A stretch of DNA of 64,000 bases from the NCBI GenBank assembly GCA_965204345.1, contig OZ241981.1:32001-96000 (forward strand). Reading direction: 5' to 3'. Numbering within the stretch: position 1 is the stretch's first letter; the number at the start of each line of letters is the position of its first letter. The notes under the pieces were generated by a model. It was not told the origin of the DNA. It was given only the letters and a program-made list of their open reading frames with translations, and ran no database searches. The position numbers and the translations under genes were made by a program. Positions 1 to 10,801 of this stretch are shown here, piece after piece. The stretch is from Nitrosopumilus sp. (GTDB taxonomy: Archaea; Thermoproteota; Nitrososphaeria; Nitrososphaerales; Nitrosopumilaceae).

Positions 1-638
1 AATCAAGTGGCGGCATTGTAGACCAGGGCATTAGGTATAACCCTGAGATTACTGTATTTTCAACTGAGACCTCCCTGCTCTCTGATACCTTGACAAAATA
101 CCAAGAGGATTACACAGATGATGAGATAGCTATTCTGCTAATTGGCTTTTCAGAAGTCGTGCACTTTTTCAACTCTGCAAACTCTTATGATAATCTAAAA
201 CAGGTCCAGTGGTACGGCTCTGATGCATCATCAAATGACCGCACGATAACATCAGATAAAATAGCATCCGAGTTTGCCTCTGATGTGTCATTTGTCTCCA
301 CCCAGTTCTCAGCATCTAAAAATGAAAAGTACCAGCACGTACATGATTACCTGGTAACAGAACTTGGTGCAGCACCAAGCAACTATGCATATTCTTCGTA
401 TGATAGCCTGTTTCTGATGGGTTTGGCTATTGAAAAAACTGAAACCCTTGATGCAAACATCCTATCTGACGTATTGCCCGAGGTTGGAGAGACATACAAT
501 GGCGCACTAGGAAATATAAGACTAAACGAGTATGGAGACCTGGCAATATCCAACTATGAAATCTTTACCGTAGAGGACAACCAATGGATACTGTATGGCT
601 TTTATGATAGTGCGACACAAGACATTACGCTATATTGA
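1..638 (+). CDS. livK: Branched-chain amino acid ABC transporter substrate-binding protein (5' truncated by window edge)
   Basis: Frame is open from position 3, upstream of the ORF-track start at 90. Has a periplasmic binding protein type I-like C-terminus (AYSSYDSLFLMGLAIEK...YNGALGNIRLNEYGD) and lies directly upstream of livG/livF. Confidence 0.75.
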   Translation, partial: SSGGIVDQGIRYNPEITVFSTETSLLSDTLTKYQEDYTDDEIAILLIGFSEVVHFFNSANSYDNLKQVQWYGSDASSNDRTITSDKIASEFASDVSFVSTQFSASKNEKYQHVHDYLVTELGAAPSNYAYSSYDSLFLMGLAIEKTETLDANILSDVLPEVGETYNGALGNIRLNEYGDLAISNYEIFTVEDNQWILYGFYDSATQDITLY

Positions 639-1381
639 ATTTACAAGTTAATAATCTAGAAAAAAAGTTTGGCGGTAACAGGGTTCTTCAGAAAACAACA
701 CTGACTCTCAAACCCAACAAAATTAATCTGTTAATGGGCAACAACGGCTCAGGCAAAACCACCCTGATTAACTGCGTATCTGGTACTATTGGTACTGATG
801 GCGGAAATGTATTTTTTGGAGATGATAACATTACCAAAATTCCAACACATCAAATCTTTACAAAGGGCATCATGCGTACATTTCAAACCCCGAGGCTGTT
901 TGCAAATCTGTCCGTGTTTGAAAATATGATGCTTGCACGATATAACCCAGGCGAGTCATTTAGCAAGGCACTCTTTTATGGCAAGTGGGACGATGCAGAG
1001 TCTGAAAACTCTAAAAAGGCTATGCAGATACTAGAACAGCTGGATCTGATTGCCCTGAAGAACAATCTGGCATATGATCTGTCCGGTGGACAAATAAAAC
1101 TATTGGAACTTGGCAAGGCCCTGATGAGCGATGCCAAGCTGGTAATTTTAGATGAGCCCATTGCCGGCATCAATCCCAAGCTAGCCCACAAAATATTTCA
1201 TATCATAAAAAAAATCTGCAAAGAGAAGAACACGACCTTCCTAATCATCGAACACAGATTAGATATTGCATTGCTATACTCTGATTACGCATTTGTCATT
1301 GATCATGGCAAAATTATTGCACATGACAGCCCTGAATCAGTACTGGAACACCAACTTGTAAAGGACTCTTATCTGAAATGA
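635..1381 (+). CDS. livG: Branched-chain amino acid ABC transporter ATP-binding protein
   Basis: Walker A GNNGSGKT, RTFQ, LSGGQ signature, LDEP, IEH. Confidence 0.9.
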   Translation: MNLQVNNLEKKFGGNRVLQKTTLTLKPNKINLLMGNNGSGKTTLINCVSGTIGTDGGNVFFGDDNITKIPTHQIFTKGIMRTFQTPRLFANLSVFENMMLARYNPGESFSKALFYGKWDDAESENSKKAMQILEQLDLIALKNNLAYDLSGGQIKLLELGKALMSDAKLVILDEPIAGINPKLAHKIFHIIKKICKEKNTTFLIIEHRLDIALLYSDYAFVIDHGKIIAHDSPESVLEHQLVKDSYLK

Positions 1382-2058
1382 GCGTAATTAGTATTGAGCA
1401 GTTACATGCCGGTTACGGCAAGAACAAAATTCTGCACGGCGTAAACTTTGCAGCTGCAAACAAAATAACTGGCATCATTGGGGCAAACGGCTCTGGCAAA
1501 TCCACCCTGCTAAAATCCATCTTTGGCATTGCAGATATCTTTGATGGTACCATAAAGTACAATGATAGTGCAATTACGGGCATGCCATCCCATACAATGA
1601 TGTCAAACCACATCTCTTACATGTCACAAACAAACAACGTGTTTTCTGAGCTGAGCATTAAAGAGAACCTGTCCATTGCAAAGGCTGATCATGCCAGCAC
1701 GTTTGATTTATTTCCGGTACTGGAAAATTACCTTGACAAAAAAGCAAACCAGCTATCAGGCGGCCAGCGCCAGATGCTGGCATTGGCCATGATACTTGGA
1801 ACCCTCCCAAAGGTAATCCTGCTTGATGAGCCGACTGCCAATCTGTCCCCAAAAAATGCAAAGCTGATTTTGGAAAAAATCAAAGAGATACAAGCAAAGC
1901 TGAAATGTTGCGTTATTCTAGTTGAGCAAAACATTACGCAGACTTTGGAGATTTGTGATACTGTTTACCTGTTTTCAAGTGGCCAGGTAAAGTATAGCGG
2001 TACGCCAAAAGAGATGATGCAAGATATTTCATTGGTGAAAAATTACCTGGGCGTATAG
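1378..2058 (+). CDS. livF: Branched-chain amino acid ABC transporter ATP-binding protein
   Basis: GANGSGKST, LSGGQRQMLA, LLDEPT, VEQN; 4-bp overlap with livG. Confidence 0.9.
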   Translation: MSVISIEQLHAGYGKNKILHGVNFAAANKITGIIGANGSGKSTLLKSIFGIADIFDGTIKYNDSAITGMPSHTMMSNHISYMSQTNNVFSELSIKENLSIAKADHASTFDLFPVLENYLDKKANQLSGGQRQMLALAMILGTLPKVILLDEPTANLSPKNAKLILEKIKEIQAKLKCCVILVEQNITQTLEICDTVYLFSSGQVKYSGTPKEMMQDISLVKNYLGV

Positions 2059-2637
2059 TCTTGTTCTGGCTTGTACCCATTAGATAATGGGAAACCATGT
2101 GGTGGCCGCTTTCTTATACAAACTCTAGATTGTGTGCGGGTCAGACAAAAAAATCTAAACGATTACAAATCAGTCGACCCTGAGACAAGATGCGAAAAAT
2201 GCATGGTCCAAAAAGCATGACGGACTGACAAGCAAACAATTACTGCATCAGAAAAAACCCGGCAGCTTAATTGCCTAAAAGTGCAATCAAACATATCTTG
2301 AATCATGAGATGTAGAGCCCAAAGAGGACATCTCCTCCTGTGCCGATTTTGAGAAATTATGGACATGATGATGGCGATTCCCAGGAAATGTCAGGGATTC
2401 AATTTGTGAGATTGTAAAATACAGTCTTGATGACTGCAGGCATGCAGCAGCAGCAATACATCCTTTAATTCCCGCCAGAATCCCTTTTGAGATTTCCCAG
2501 TACCTGCAAAGCAACCGTGAAAATTAAACGTAACAAATTATGTTATTTGCGAGTCTATGGAAATACAGACACGCCTTGCACCCTCGTCTTTTAGCATGAT
2601 GAAATCCTTTATACCTCTCTAAATTTTTTATTATTAT

Positions 2638-3540
2638 GTGATAATATTTTTTGATGGAATAATTTACGCATGTGTCCTGGCCGTACTGTGTGTCGGCTTG
2701 ACGCTAACTTACAAAATTACAAAAATACCAAACTTTGCACATGTCTCCTTTGCAATTTTAGGCATGTACGTTGCACTAGTTGCAATACAGATCTTTGATG
2801 CCAATCCCTATGTTGCACTGCCATTTGCGTTTGTAGCATCAGGAGGCGTGGCCTTTGTGCTATACTATGGCATCATCAGAGTCTTACAAAACAAAAAGTC
2901 AAGCTATCTGTCGCTAATCATTGCCACACTGTCATTTGATATGATAATGATAGGCGTGCTAAACATCATAGCTGATTATATTTCAAACGAGCACCAGATA
3001 ATTGCACGTGACTTTACACTGAGGTCCTTTGATGTTATAATATATGGCGTTCCGATGATTCTGATAGTATCTGTAGCAACCATACTGTCTCTGGTGTTTG
3101 GCCTGTACTATCTGCTATATCGCACTAGTTTTGGCATAAAGATGCGTGCCTCAATTGAGAATAGGCAGCTGGCCCAAATCTTTGGAATCAATACAAATAG
3201 AATATTCTGTTTTTCCTGGTTTCTTAGTGGCGGCCTAGGCGGGATTGCCGGCGTACTGATGGCATTGTGGTTTCAGGGGGACCCATACCTTGCAGCAATC
3301 ATGCTGCCATCCGTGTTTGCCGGAAGTATCGTTGGCGGCTTTACCAGCATATATGGCGCCATACTGGGAGGCTTGATTATAGGAATATCTGAAATTGTCG
3401 GAACAAATATCCTGGCCGGAATCTTTGGCTACTGGATTACCCCCTACAGGCCGTTAATTCCGTTCCTGTTCATTATAGCTACGCTGCTACTCTCCCCCAA
3501 GGGAATATCTGAAATTATTGCAAGGGTTAAAGAAAAATGA
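2638..3540 (+). CDS. livH: Branched-chain amino acid ABC transporter permease
   Basis: GLTLTYKITKIPNFAH motif, multiple TM helices, SIVGGFTSIYGAILGG. Confidence 0.9.
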   Translation: MIIFFDGIIYACVLAVLCVGLTLTYKITKIPNFAHVSFAILGMYVALVAIQIFDANPYVALPFAFVASGGVAFVLYYGIIRVLQNKKSSYLSLIIATLSFDMIMIGVLNIIADYISNEHQIIARDFTLRSFDVIIYGVPMILIVSVATILSLVFGLYYLLYRTSFGIKMRASIENRQLAQIFGINTNRIFCFSWFLSGGLGGIAGVLMALWFQGDPYLAAIMLPSVFAGSIVGGFTSIYGAILGGLIIGISEIVGTNILAGIFGYWITPYRPLIPFLFIIATLLLSPKGISEIIARVKEK

Positions 3541-4538
3541 TAGGATCAGAGCTTATCTTTATTTCAGACTTGATGGCCATATTTGCCATTTATTTAATAA
3601 TCAACCTGTCACTGAATCTGGAGTTTGGCTTTGCAGGCGTTCCAAACTTTGGCAAAGTTCTATCAGTTGCAGCAGGCGCCTTTGTTGTGGGAATAATTCC
3701 AATCCATCTGTATGGCATCATACTGGACTTAGACGGTGATTACATTCATGATAACCTTAGCGTAATCCAACAGATTAATGACCATTTAGCTGTACATCCG
3801 GAGCTGGGATTTCTGATATTTGGCATTACTATAGTCATTGCAATTATTACCGGCGCAATACTGGGCCTGGTATCCTCGTACCCTGCAATACGACTGCGCG
3901 GTGATTATCTGGCAATTACCCTGCTTGCATTTGGTGAGATTATTAGAATTATTGGCATTAACCACACTGACCTGGTTGGCGGAACACTTGGCGTGTCAAT
4001 ACCTGACGTGCTATCATTTGTGCCAAACGAATACAGATTTTTGGTAATATCCTTTATGCTGCTGGGATTTGCAGGAATTGTCTATCTCCTGGTATCCCGA
4101 TTTACAAATGCGCCAGTAGGCAGACTGCTTCGTGCAATGAAGCACGATGAGGTTGCAGTCCAATCACTGGGACGTGACACAACACAGATCAAAATCAAGA
4201 TACTGATGTTTGGCGGTATGATTGGCGCGCTGGGAGGGTTACTGTACGCATCATATGTTGAGAGCGTGGTGGCATTTGGCTATACTCGGCTGAACTGGAC
4301 ATTTTTGCCTTTTGTGATGGTCATAGTTGGCGGCATGGCAAACAACAAGGGCGTGCTAGTTGGCACACTGCTTTTTGTTGTGATTAGAAAGCTGGTAATT
4401 TATTACAATGATTCGCTGGATGGATACCTGCCTTTTGACATAATATGGCTTGACTATCTGCTGTTGGGTGGCATTATGATTGCGGTGCTCTTGTTTAGGC
4501 CAAACGGGATAATACCTGAAAAACCAAAACAAGTCTGA
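3537..4538 (+). CDS. livM: Branched-chain amino acid ABC transporter permease
   Basis: SLNLEFGFAGVPNFG, RLRGDYLAITLLAFGE, GRLLRAMKHDE, RPNGI motifs. Confidence 0.9.
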   Translation: MIGSELIFISDLMAIFAIYLIINLSLNLEFGFAGVPNFGKVLSVAAGAFVVGIIPIHLYGIILDLDGDYIHDNLSVIQQINDHLAVHPELGFLIFGITIVIAIITGAILGLVSSYPAIRLRGDYLAITLLAFGEIIRIIGINHTDLVGGTLGVSIPDVLSFVPNEYRFLVISFMLLGFAGIVYLLVSRFTNAPVGRLLRAMKHDEVAVQSLGRDTTQIKIKILMFGGMIGALGGLLYASYVESVVAFGYTRLNWTFLPFVMVIVGGMANNKGVLVGTLLFVVIRKLVIYYNDSLDGYLPFDIIWLDYLLLGGIMIAVLLFRPNGIIPEKPKQV

Positions 4539-4647
4539 TTGAAATAGCTCTTTTAATCAGGATGTTTTATTATGCATGTTGGTGATTCCTTTACCTGTGA
4601 ACGCAAATGCGATTATGCATCCTAAATATTATGAGAAGGACAAAATG

Positions 4648-4935
4648 CTATGGTTCCATTGACTTTGTTACCTCATCAACGGTTGCTATAGATTCCTCAA
4701 ATGACTCTTCTATTACTGTATCTGCCATTGTACCAACTCCCTCTGTAAAACCAGTTATTCCTGATAACAATCCAAAAGCTGTTCCTGCAACTGTGATCAG
4801 CAATGATGCAATTCCGACATATATCAGATACTTTGCCATGTCTGGATCATCTTTTCTAACTATGGCATAGGCAATTATACCGCCAATTATTCCTAGAAAA
4901 AGCGGTAATAGAAACCACCATGCCGAACGATTCAT
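4648..4935 (-). CDS. Small membrane protein (2 TM)
   Basis: RSAWWFLLPLFLGIIGGIIAY...DDPDMAK pattern followed by a second hydrophobic segment. Confidence 0.7.
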   Translation of the reverse strand: MNRSAWWFLLPLFLGIIGGIIAYAIVRKDDPDMAKYLIYVGIASLLITVAGTAFGLLSGITGFTEGVGTMADTVIEESFEESIATVDEVTKSMEP

Positions 4936-5573
4936 TAATTATGTATAATCGACTAGTATAACTTTCTTTAAGCCGTTCAATTTTGACAATTTTATTAATT
5001 TTATTACATGTTGTCCGGCTGTAGTGAGTTTGGAGGTTCAAAATCAGAATGCAGAAAACATGGTGGACTCGTATGTTCAAAGAATAAAAAAAATTAGAGA
5101 ATACAGTTGGGGCATTTTAGATCAAATCCCAAAAAAACTTTTGGAATCCAACGACAGTCTGTCTTGTTGCCCCATCCAACACGTCATCAAGTTAAGAACA
5201 ATTATTTTGTAATCTAAAAAATGGATGACTTGATACCTGCTAGTCTCGGGCAGTTTCTGGATTTTGGGGTTTGCATTAATGTCAGTTATTTTAATTGCAG
5301 ACGATGATGATGATGTTGTATCTAAGGCAATGTGCAAAAACAAATTCTCAGCATCCCAAAAAACTCTAAAAATTAATTAAAAAACAACAACTATACTGTT
5401 CAATCTTAGAGACTTTTCAACAGGGAGTTAAATAGGGACTTTATGTGTGAATTTTTCGTGTGTGTTTTTCATATTTATTCTCAAAAATTAATTTGGCATA
5501 TTCATTGCCTTTGGAAAACAACAAAGCATTTGATAGCACTTCTAATATAGTATCCCAAAAAATCAACAAACCG

Positions 5574-6848
5574 ATGCGGATTCTGCTTGCCATATCCATT
5601 GTATCACTTTTTGGAGTTGCTAATGCATATGCTGAGATTGCCTCTCCATATGAGCAGCTAAAATCCGATGTTCCACTATATGAAATCCAGTGTGAGTATC
5701 AAAAGACTCTGTTGGAATCTCCTAGGAACAACAAGCCTGTATGTGTGAAAAGTGATACGGCAGACATACTGGTAGAGCGCGGTTGGTTCATGATAAAAAT
5801 ATTTGATGAGCTGCCATCTGCTGAGCCATCACCTGATACAACTCTGTCTGTAGCGACCACTAGCAACCAGACAGAAAGCAACTCAGATGCTGTCTCTGAT
5901 CCTGTACCGACAGAGACATACTATCCTCACCTAGAAAACCAGTATCTTGTTTTAAATGGTAGTCGTGGCGGTATAGATCTATCTGGAATCAAACCACTTC
6001 CTGAAGGTGTCTACCTTCCCACAACCATAGAAAACTATGAGCGTATCATGCAGAAAATACTTGATGGCATAGACGACAAACTAATACTTCCAAATTCTGA
6101 AGGTCCGAGATATGACTATGCTCTTGACCTCATTCCAGGATATCCTGAAATAGGATCGAAACTGAACTATACATACTATACAGAAAAAGGAAACATTATC
6201 AGGCCAGACGGCGCTACTAAAATAGAGCTGATAATATTAGAACCTGATGAAATATTCAGGTCAGATTATTTGGATAAAAAATGGGACGAATATGACTCCC
6301 TTGACCAAAAGAATGAGCTTGCATTTGCCAAAAGTCTAACGGCAGGTCCAGAAAAATTCATACAAAACTTTGTAGAAAAATCGGGACTGCCAAAGATAGT
6401 AAAGATGCAACATGATTTTGACAGTTCATGGATAATTCTTGAACATGGTGAAATAAGAATGCGAATGCAATGGGATAATGTGTACCTGTATTTTACATAT
6501 AAGGAAAACCCTGACTTTTTCCCGTTGGGAAAAAATATGATGCGTCAACTAATGCATCAGTTTGCTATTGATAATGCACACGTAATAGATCGAGAATGGT
6601 GTGATGACCTTGTCATATACGATAGCAAGGATGATGTCAAAAAAATTGGAGTTAGCTACTTCCAAGCAGGGATTCCAATATGGGATGCAGCTGTGGGAAC
6701 ATGTGATCCAATTTTGAATCGTTCTGCAGATGTCGTATATCTTCACATGGAGGGTATTACAGGAGAGATCGGCTGGTTTGAGGAGGGGCATACAGAAGAC
6801 TGGATTGACAAGATAAACATTCCAGAACATGCCAAGGTAAGAAGATAA
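5574..6848 (+). CDS. Secreted hypothetical protein with thaumarchaeal SPxxQ...C...PVCVK...ERGW N-terminal motif
   Basis: Signal peptide from ATG 5574 (MRILLAISIVSLFGVANAYA), Cys-pair motif common in Nitrosopumilus surface proteins, Ser/Thr/Pro linker. Confidence 0.7.
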   Translation: MRILLAISIVSLFGVANAYAEIASPYEQLKSDVPLYEIQCEYQKTLLESPRNNKPVCVKSDTADILVERGWFMIKIFDELPSAEPSPDTTLSVATTSNQTESNSDAVSDPVPTETYYPHLENQYLVLNGSRGGIDLSGIKPLPEGVYLPTTIENYERIMQKILDGIDDKLILPNSEGPRYDYALDLIPGYPEIGSKLNYTYYTEKGNIIRPDGATKIELIILEPDEIFRSDYLDKKWDEYDSLDQKNELAFAKSLTAGPEKFIQNFVEKSGLPKIVKMQHDFDSSWIILEHGEIRMRMQWDNVYLYFTYKENPDFFPLGKNMMRQLMHQFAIDNAHVIDREWCDDLVIYDSKDDVKKIGVSYFQAGIPIWDAAVGTCDPILNRSADVVYLHMEGITGEIGWFEEGHTEDWIDKINIPEHAKVRR

Positions 6849-7387
6849 AACAGATATGAAATTGTCACTACACCTCAAAAAGCAAAGCTTGGCCATCCAT
6901 ATATGACCAAAAACAGGTTCTCAGGATGCACATTTTGATATACTGACCCTTTTGGATCAGGTGTAATGGCTAATTTGCTTGCTCTGTTACTAGCAATCTT
7001 TGCAAACTCTATGTCACGTATTCTTAACGGCGTCTTGAAAAGCGTTTAAGATTGAACAGCGTAAAACAAAAACAAAGGATTCTGTCTTATCAGTATGTTT
7101 CTAGATACAGTGATTTGATAATTAAAAAAACAGAAGAAAGAAAAAGAAAAAGAAGAAAAAATCCAGAATGAAATCTCAAATGCTTCTCTATTAACACAAC
7201 TCACAAAAAAGAAAAACCTGTGCGCCACTTGAAAAGAAAAGAAAAAATTGAATCTCAAATTAAAATCAAAAACTAAAAGACAAGCAACAAAAATTCAAAA
7301 AAAAAACAGATTGCCAAAAAAGATAAAAAACTAAAACTTGTCTGGCTCCAAAAATCCCCTAAAAAACCGCTAAATAGCCTGAAAATA

Positions 7388-8008
7388 TTATTCTAGCTTG
7401 ATGGTAATCTCCTCGCCATTTCCTATCGGGGATGTGGTGGTCTGCAATTTTGGGTTTTTCCTTAAATGATCTGATAACCTCCTCATCTCCTTTCTGTATT
7501 TTTCTGGATATATCATGTTGTCTGTGATGATTATTCCCCCGACAGAGACCATGGGCAGTACCATGTCAAAATACTTTATGACATTTTCCTTGTCTGCGTC
7601 AATTAGGACAAAATCAAAAAACTCCTCGAATTCTTTTTTTGATTTTAACTCTTCTAGTACGTTTGCAGCTATTCCCTCTTTGACTGTGACTGTTTTGCCA
7701 ATACCGGCATTTTGAAAATTCTCCCTTGCTCTTTTGATCTTATTTGGATTCTGCTCAATTGTGATAATTTTGCCTGCCTGCTCAGATATTGCCTCTGCAC
7801 ACCATATTGTGGAATATCCTGTGGACATTCCAATCTCAAGCATATTTTTTGCGTTCTTTAAGCGCAAAATCATGTTTAGCATTTCGCCTGTATCCCTTGT
7901 GATTGCAAGCATTCTGTCCTCTGGCAAAACATCCACTCTTCTTGTTTTTTCAAGGTTGGACTGTATGTCCAATTCCTTCAGTACTTTGAATATGGATTCT
8001 TTCATCAA
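7388..8008 (-). CDS. O-methyltransferase (class I SAM-dependent, caffeoyl-CoA type)
   Basis: LEIGMSTGYS, FDFVLIDADK, GGIIITDN motifs. Confidence 0.88.
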   Translation of the reverse strand: MMKESIFKVLKELDIQSNLEKTRRVDVLPEDRMLAITRDTGEMLNMILRLKNAKNMLEIGMSTGYSTIWCAEAISEQAGKIITIEQNPNKIKRARENFQNAGIGKTVTVKEGIAANVLEELKSKKEFEEFFDFVLIDADKENVIKYFDMVLPMVSVGGIIITDNMIYPEKYRKEMRRLSDHLRKNPKLQTTTSPIGNGEEITIKLE

Positions 8009-8092
8009 CTCTGATTCTTTTACAGAAATTTAACCTTGTCCTGATGAGGCGTTTTAAAAATATTTGATAGCTTATATTTAGTAAATATTTTT

Positions 8093-8485
8093 TTGAATTC
8101 AGGGATGACAACAAAGAAAAAGGCTGATCTATTGGACATAGTTCAGAAAATTCTCAAGTTGGACACCAAAATGAGATTTGCAGCCATAATTGATCCAAAG
8201 GGAAAGATCCGGGAAGCTATAATGAAAACGGGCAAAACCAATCTGAAATCCCAAAAGGAAGAAGAACATTTCTGTAAACAGGTCGCACAGAGAAGATCAA
8301 TGAGAAAAGAATTTGACAGGTCTCTTGGCAAAGTCAGATACGTTCATGTTGAGCGAGAAAAAGTCTCTCAAATGGTAATTTACACCAGACGAAATATTGT
8401 TTATTTCACTATGGAGCCTGAAATGCCAATTAATACCAAGATCAGGTTAATCACCAAAATCAAAAGAATCACTGCTGACCTCTAG
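8093..8485 (+). CDS. Thaumarchaeal DUF6659-like (roadblock/profilin-like) protein
   Basis: MRFAAIIDPKGK...MRKEFDRSLGKVRY...REKV pattern shared with 24183 and 29093. Confidence 0.7.
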   Translation: MNSGMTTKKKADLLDIVQKILKLDTKMRFAAIIDPKGKIREAIMKTGKTNLKSQKEEEHFCKQVAQRRSMRKEFDRSLGKVRYVHVEREKVSQMVIYTRRNIVYFTMEPEMPINTKIRLITKIKRITADL

Positions 8486-8514
8486 CAGTCCTTTTAAGAC
8501 CGCTTCTTGAACTC

Positions 8515-8868
8515 ATGGCCCTAAAAAAATATCTTGGTGATTCTAAAATGTTTGAATATGGCAAGCATTACCGCGAATGTCAGCAGCAAAACAGACCCTT
8601 TATCAAGGCCAAAACCAATCCTGCACATGGAAATTATTTTGTCCAGATGGATCTGATGACTTGCAACTATGAACTGTCTGAGCAGGAGCAAGATCAGATT
8701 GCAAAATTAATTCTAGATGAAATAAAGTACGTACAGGCAAAATCAAAACTGCCATTTAACGGATTTAACATAGATAAGGAAGTTGCGTGGTTTGATGGCG
8801 TATCCTCTAATCATGTGGAGACTTTTTGTACGTCCCTTTATGACCTGACCCAAAAATATCACTCTTAG
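8515..8868 (+). CDS. Hypothetical protein
   Basis: 117-aa ORF with normal composition in a gene-dense region. Confidence 0.6.
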   Translation: MALKKYLGDSKMFEYGKHYRECQQQNRPFIKAKTNPAHGNYFVQMDLMTCNYELSEQEQDQIAKLILDEIKYVQAKSKLPFNGFNIDKEVAWFDGVSSNHVETFCTSLYDLTQKYHS

Positions 8869-9071
8869 AACCGTATCAAATTTTTCAAAATTTTGTCTAT
8901 TGCCTGTACCTCTTGCCTTCTTTCCTTGATTGTGGCCTTGTTCCATTCTTTGGCAAATTCTGATTGTTGATCTAGCTTCTCTAGTTCTGTTATGTGCTTT
9001 ACAAGATGAATTTTGTAGCCATGAAGCAAGTCTAGATGCTTGTTGTGATTTTTTTCAGCTGGTGTTGCCAT
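8865..9071 (-). CDS. Small coiled-coil hypothetical protein
   Basis: 68-aa ORF overlapping the upstream gene in operon fashion. Confidence 0.6.
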   Translation of the reverse strand: MATPAEKNHNKHLDLLHGYKIHLVKHITELEKLDQQSEFAKEWNKATIKERRQEVQAIDKILKNLIRF

Positions 9072-9288
9072 CCCATTCCTCTCCTTTTACATCCGGAAAT
9101 AACTCTCTTATTCTTTTCTTGTCTTTTTCCATGGCCTCTATTCTGTTATCTAAATGACTCTTAATTGCAGGCTCTGACTCTAGGTTTTTTTCATTTTGAA
9201 TTTCTGCAATCATTTTACAAAGTGATCTGTAGTATGAGATGTGGTTCTGTTTTGACTCTTTTGACGTGTCTTCTTTTTTAACATCCAA
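9055..9288 (-). CDS. Small helical hypothetical protein
   Basis: 77-aa charged helical ORF. Confidence 0.6.
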   Translation of the reverse strand: MDVKKEDTSKESKQNHISYYRSLCKMIAEIQNEKNLESEPAIKSHLDNRIEAMEKDKKRIRELFPDVKGEEWDGNTS

Positions 9289-9374
9289 TGTATTTTATGA
9301 TTTAATAGAAAATAAGAACCTGATCATTCTCTCCAAGATACAAGCATAAATACCTTAAAAAAATGAATTATCTG

Positions 9375-9668
9375 ATGAAAAATGTACTCATCGATCAAAA
9401 CTGTAAATGACTGGTAAATGAAAACAGCAAAAAATATCTGGAAAATTATGAGAAAGTCTTTCTAGTCGGGACCGACTTAAAACAAAGGGATCCTGATGAA
9501 TCACTTGCACTCTTTTGTAAAAATAATGATTGTGACCTGCTAACAGCAGATAATACTGCATATACCCATTTTTTTAGTGAAAAGGACATCCGGAATGTAC
9601 TACTGTCAGAATTTACTTATGAGGATAAGGCCGATAGGCCCATCTATCTGGTAAGGATTGCAGACTAG
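9375..9668 (+). pseudogene. PIN-like (DUF5615/Mut7-C type) nuclease gene with in-frame TGA
   Basis: Manual translation MKNVLIDQNCK*LVNENSKKYLENYEKVFLVGTDLKQRDPDESLALFCKNNDCDLLTADNTAY...IAD; TGA at 9408-9410; acidic PIN-type motifs LIDQN / DPDE / LLTAD; absent from ORF track. Confidence 0.65.
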
Positions 9669-10237
9669 TTTACATTGTTTGAATCTATATGTGAAATTCT
9701 CAAGTTTGCCAAAATCTCATTGAGAAAGTCTTCTTCTTTTTGACCAGTTATGCTTTTCATAATTGATTCCCAACAGTCATCAATCTTCCTAGTTATCTGC
9801 GAGTACATTTTGTCCTTTCTAAATGCCGGATAATATGACAATAACTTCATGATTCCATCAGTTGACTGAATTATGTTTATCTGGTGAATGACTGTTCTTA
9901 GCCTTTGATGATAAGAGTATCCTTCTTCTTTGCTTATGATTTCAAAGCTGGCAATTTCCCCATAAATCATTTCAATTTCGCCATGAAGATTTTTTAATTG
10001 CGTGTTTACTGACTCTGACAAGTTGATTAATTCATACTCGATATGTGCCCTGCTGTGAACTTTTTTATCTATCTGGCCTGCCTCCACTAGTGCACTAATC
10101 TCTCTGTACACTGTTTTTTCACTGCCTACTTTTTTAATTACTCTTTTGGCCAGTTCAGTCCCCCGTATCTTTCCATTTTCATTTAATATTCGGATTATTT
10201 CGGTTTTGATTATTTCTGAATTTTTCTCCATTGGCAT
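9665..10237 (-). CDS. Hypothetical protein with N-terminal winged HTH
   Basis: IIRILNENGKIRGTELAKRV...SEKTVYREISALVEAGQI wHTH pattern. Confidence 0.65.
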   Translation of the reverse strand: MPMEKNSEIIKTEIIRILNENGKIRGTELAKRVIKKVGSEKTVYREISALVEAGQIDKKVHSRAHIEYELINLSESVNTQLKNLHGEIEMIYGEIASFEIISKEEGYSYHQRLRTVIHQINIIQSTDGIMKLLSYYPAFRKDKMYSQITRKIDDCWESIMKSITGQKEEDFLNEILANLRISHIDSNNVN

Positions 10238-10238
10238 C

Positions 10239-10472
10239 CTACCCCTGATATTTCACTAGCACTGCCCTCTCATCTGTCTCATTGATCTCTTTTGCTAAAT
10301 TCTCCAAAATTTCTATTCCCTTTTTTATCGGTTCTTTTTCCAAATTTTTATGTTCCAATTTTTGTTTTAGCACCCTTTTTTCATTGTTTACAAAGCTTAA
10401 CAAAGTTACATCCCCTCCCATGTTGAGATTTGTAAAAAAGTCTATGTATTCTGCTGCTGATCTTATTGCCAT
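10239..10472 (-). CDS. Hypothetical protein
   Basis: 77-aa ORF directly upstream of the wHTH gene. Confidence 0.6.
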   Translation of the reverse strand: MAIRSAAEYIDFFTNLNMGGDVTLLSFVNNEKRVLKQKLEHKNLEKEPIKKGIEILENLAKEINETDERAVLVKYQG

Positions 10473-10549
10473 GTATTTTCTCCTTTATCCTAGTATTTGT
10501 TTGAAATGTCTCAAACTAGGTTTATTTAGAATTCTGATACACCATTCCT

Positions 10550-10801
10550 ATGGATAGCTGTGACAGGCGTGTTCGAGCCTATAAAAATGGAAAAACCTTT
10601 GCCCAATGCCGTGATACTGCAGAATCCATGAACCCTGACTTTAAAAAACAAATTGAGGATAACGGCAGGGTCCTGTGGAGTGAAATTTTAGAGAGGGCAG
10701 GTCATGATGAGATAGTCTATAAACTGACCCTGAAATTTTTACGGCGTGACGGATATGACATTGGCAATCATAAAATCCCCGAAGTCAAAAAATTCATTTA
10801 G
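10550..10801 (+). CDS. Hypothetical protein
   Basis: 83-aa ORF, divergent from 10472. Confidence 0.6.
   Translation: MDSCDRRVRAYKNGKTFAQCRDTAESMNPDFKKQIEDNGRVLWSEILERAGHDEIVYKLTLKFLRRDGYDIGNHKIPEVKKFI

Noticed and set aside
6950-7380. A-rich stretch and 70-aa Phe-rich minus-strand ORF (7046-7258)
   Set aside because: Low-complexity sequence with stops in all plus frames; the minus ORF is its shadow; no family recognisable.
9408-9410. Selenocysteine recoding of the in-frame TGA (given the SelB-like gene)
   Set aside because: The SelB-like protein lacks a G1 motif, no SECIS or Sec machinery is visible, and simple nonsense mutation fits the many other pseudogenes.
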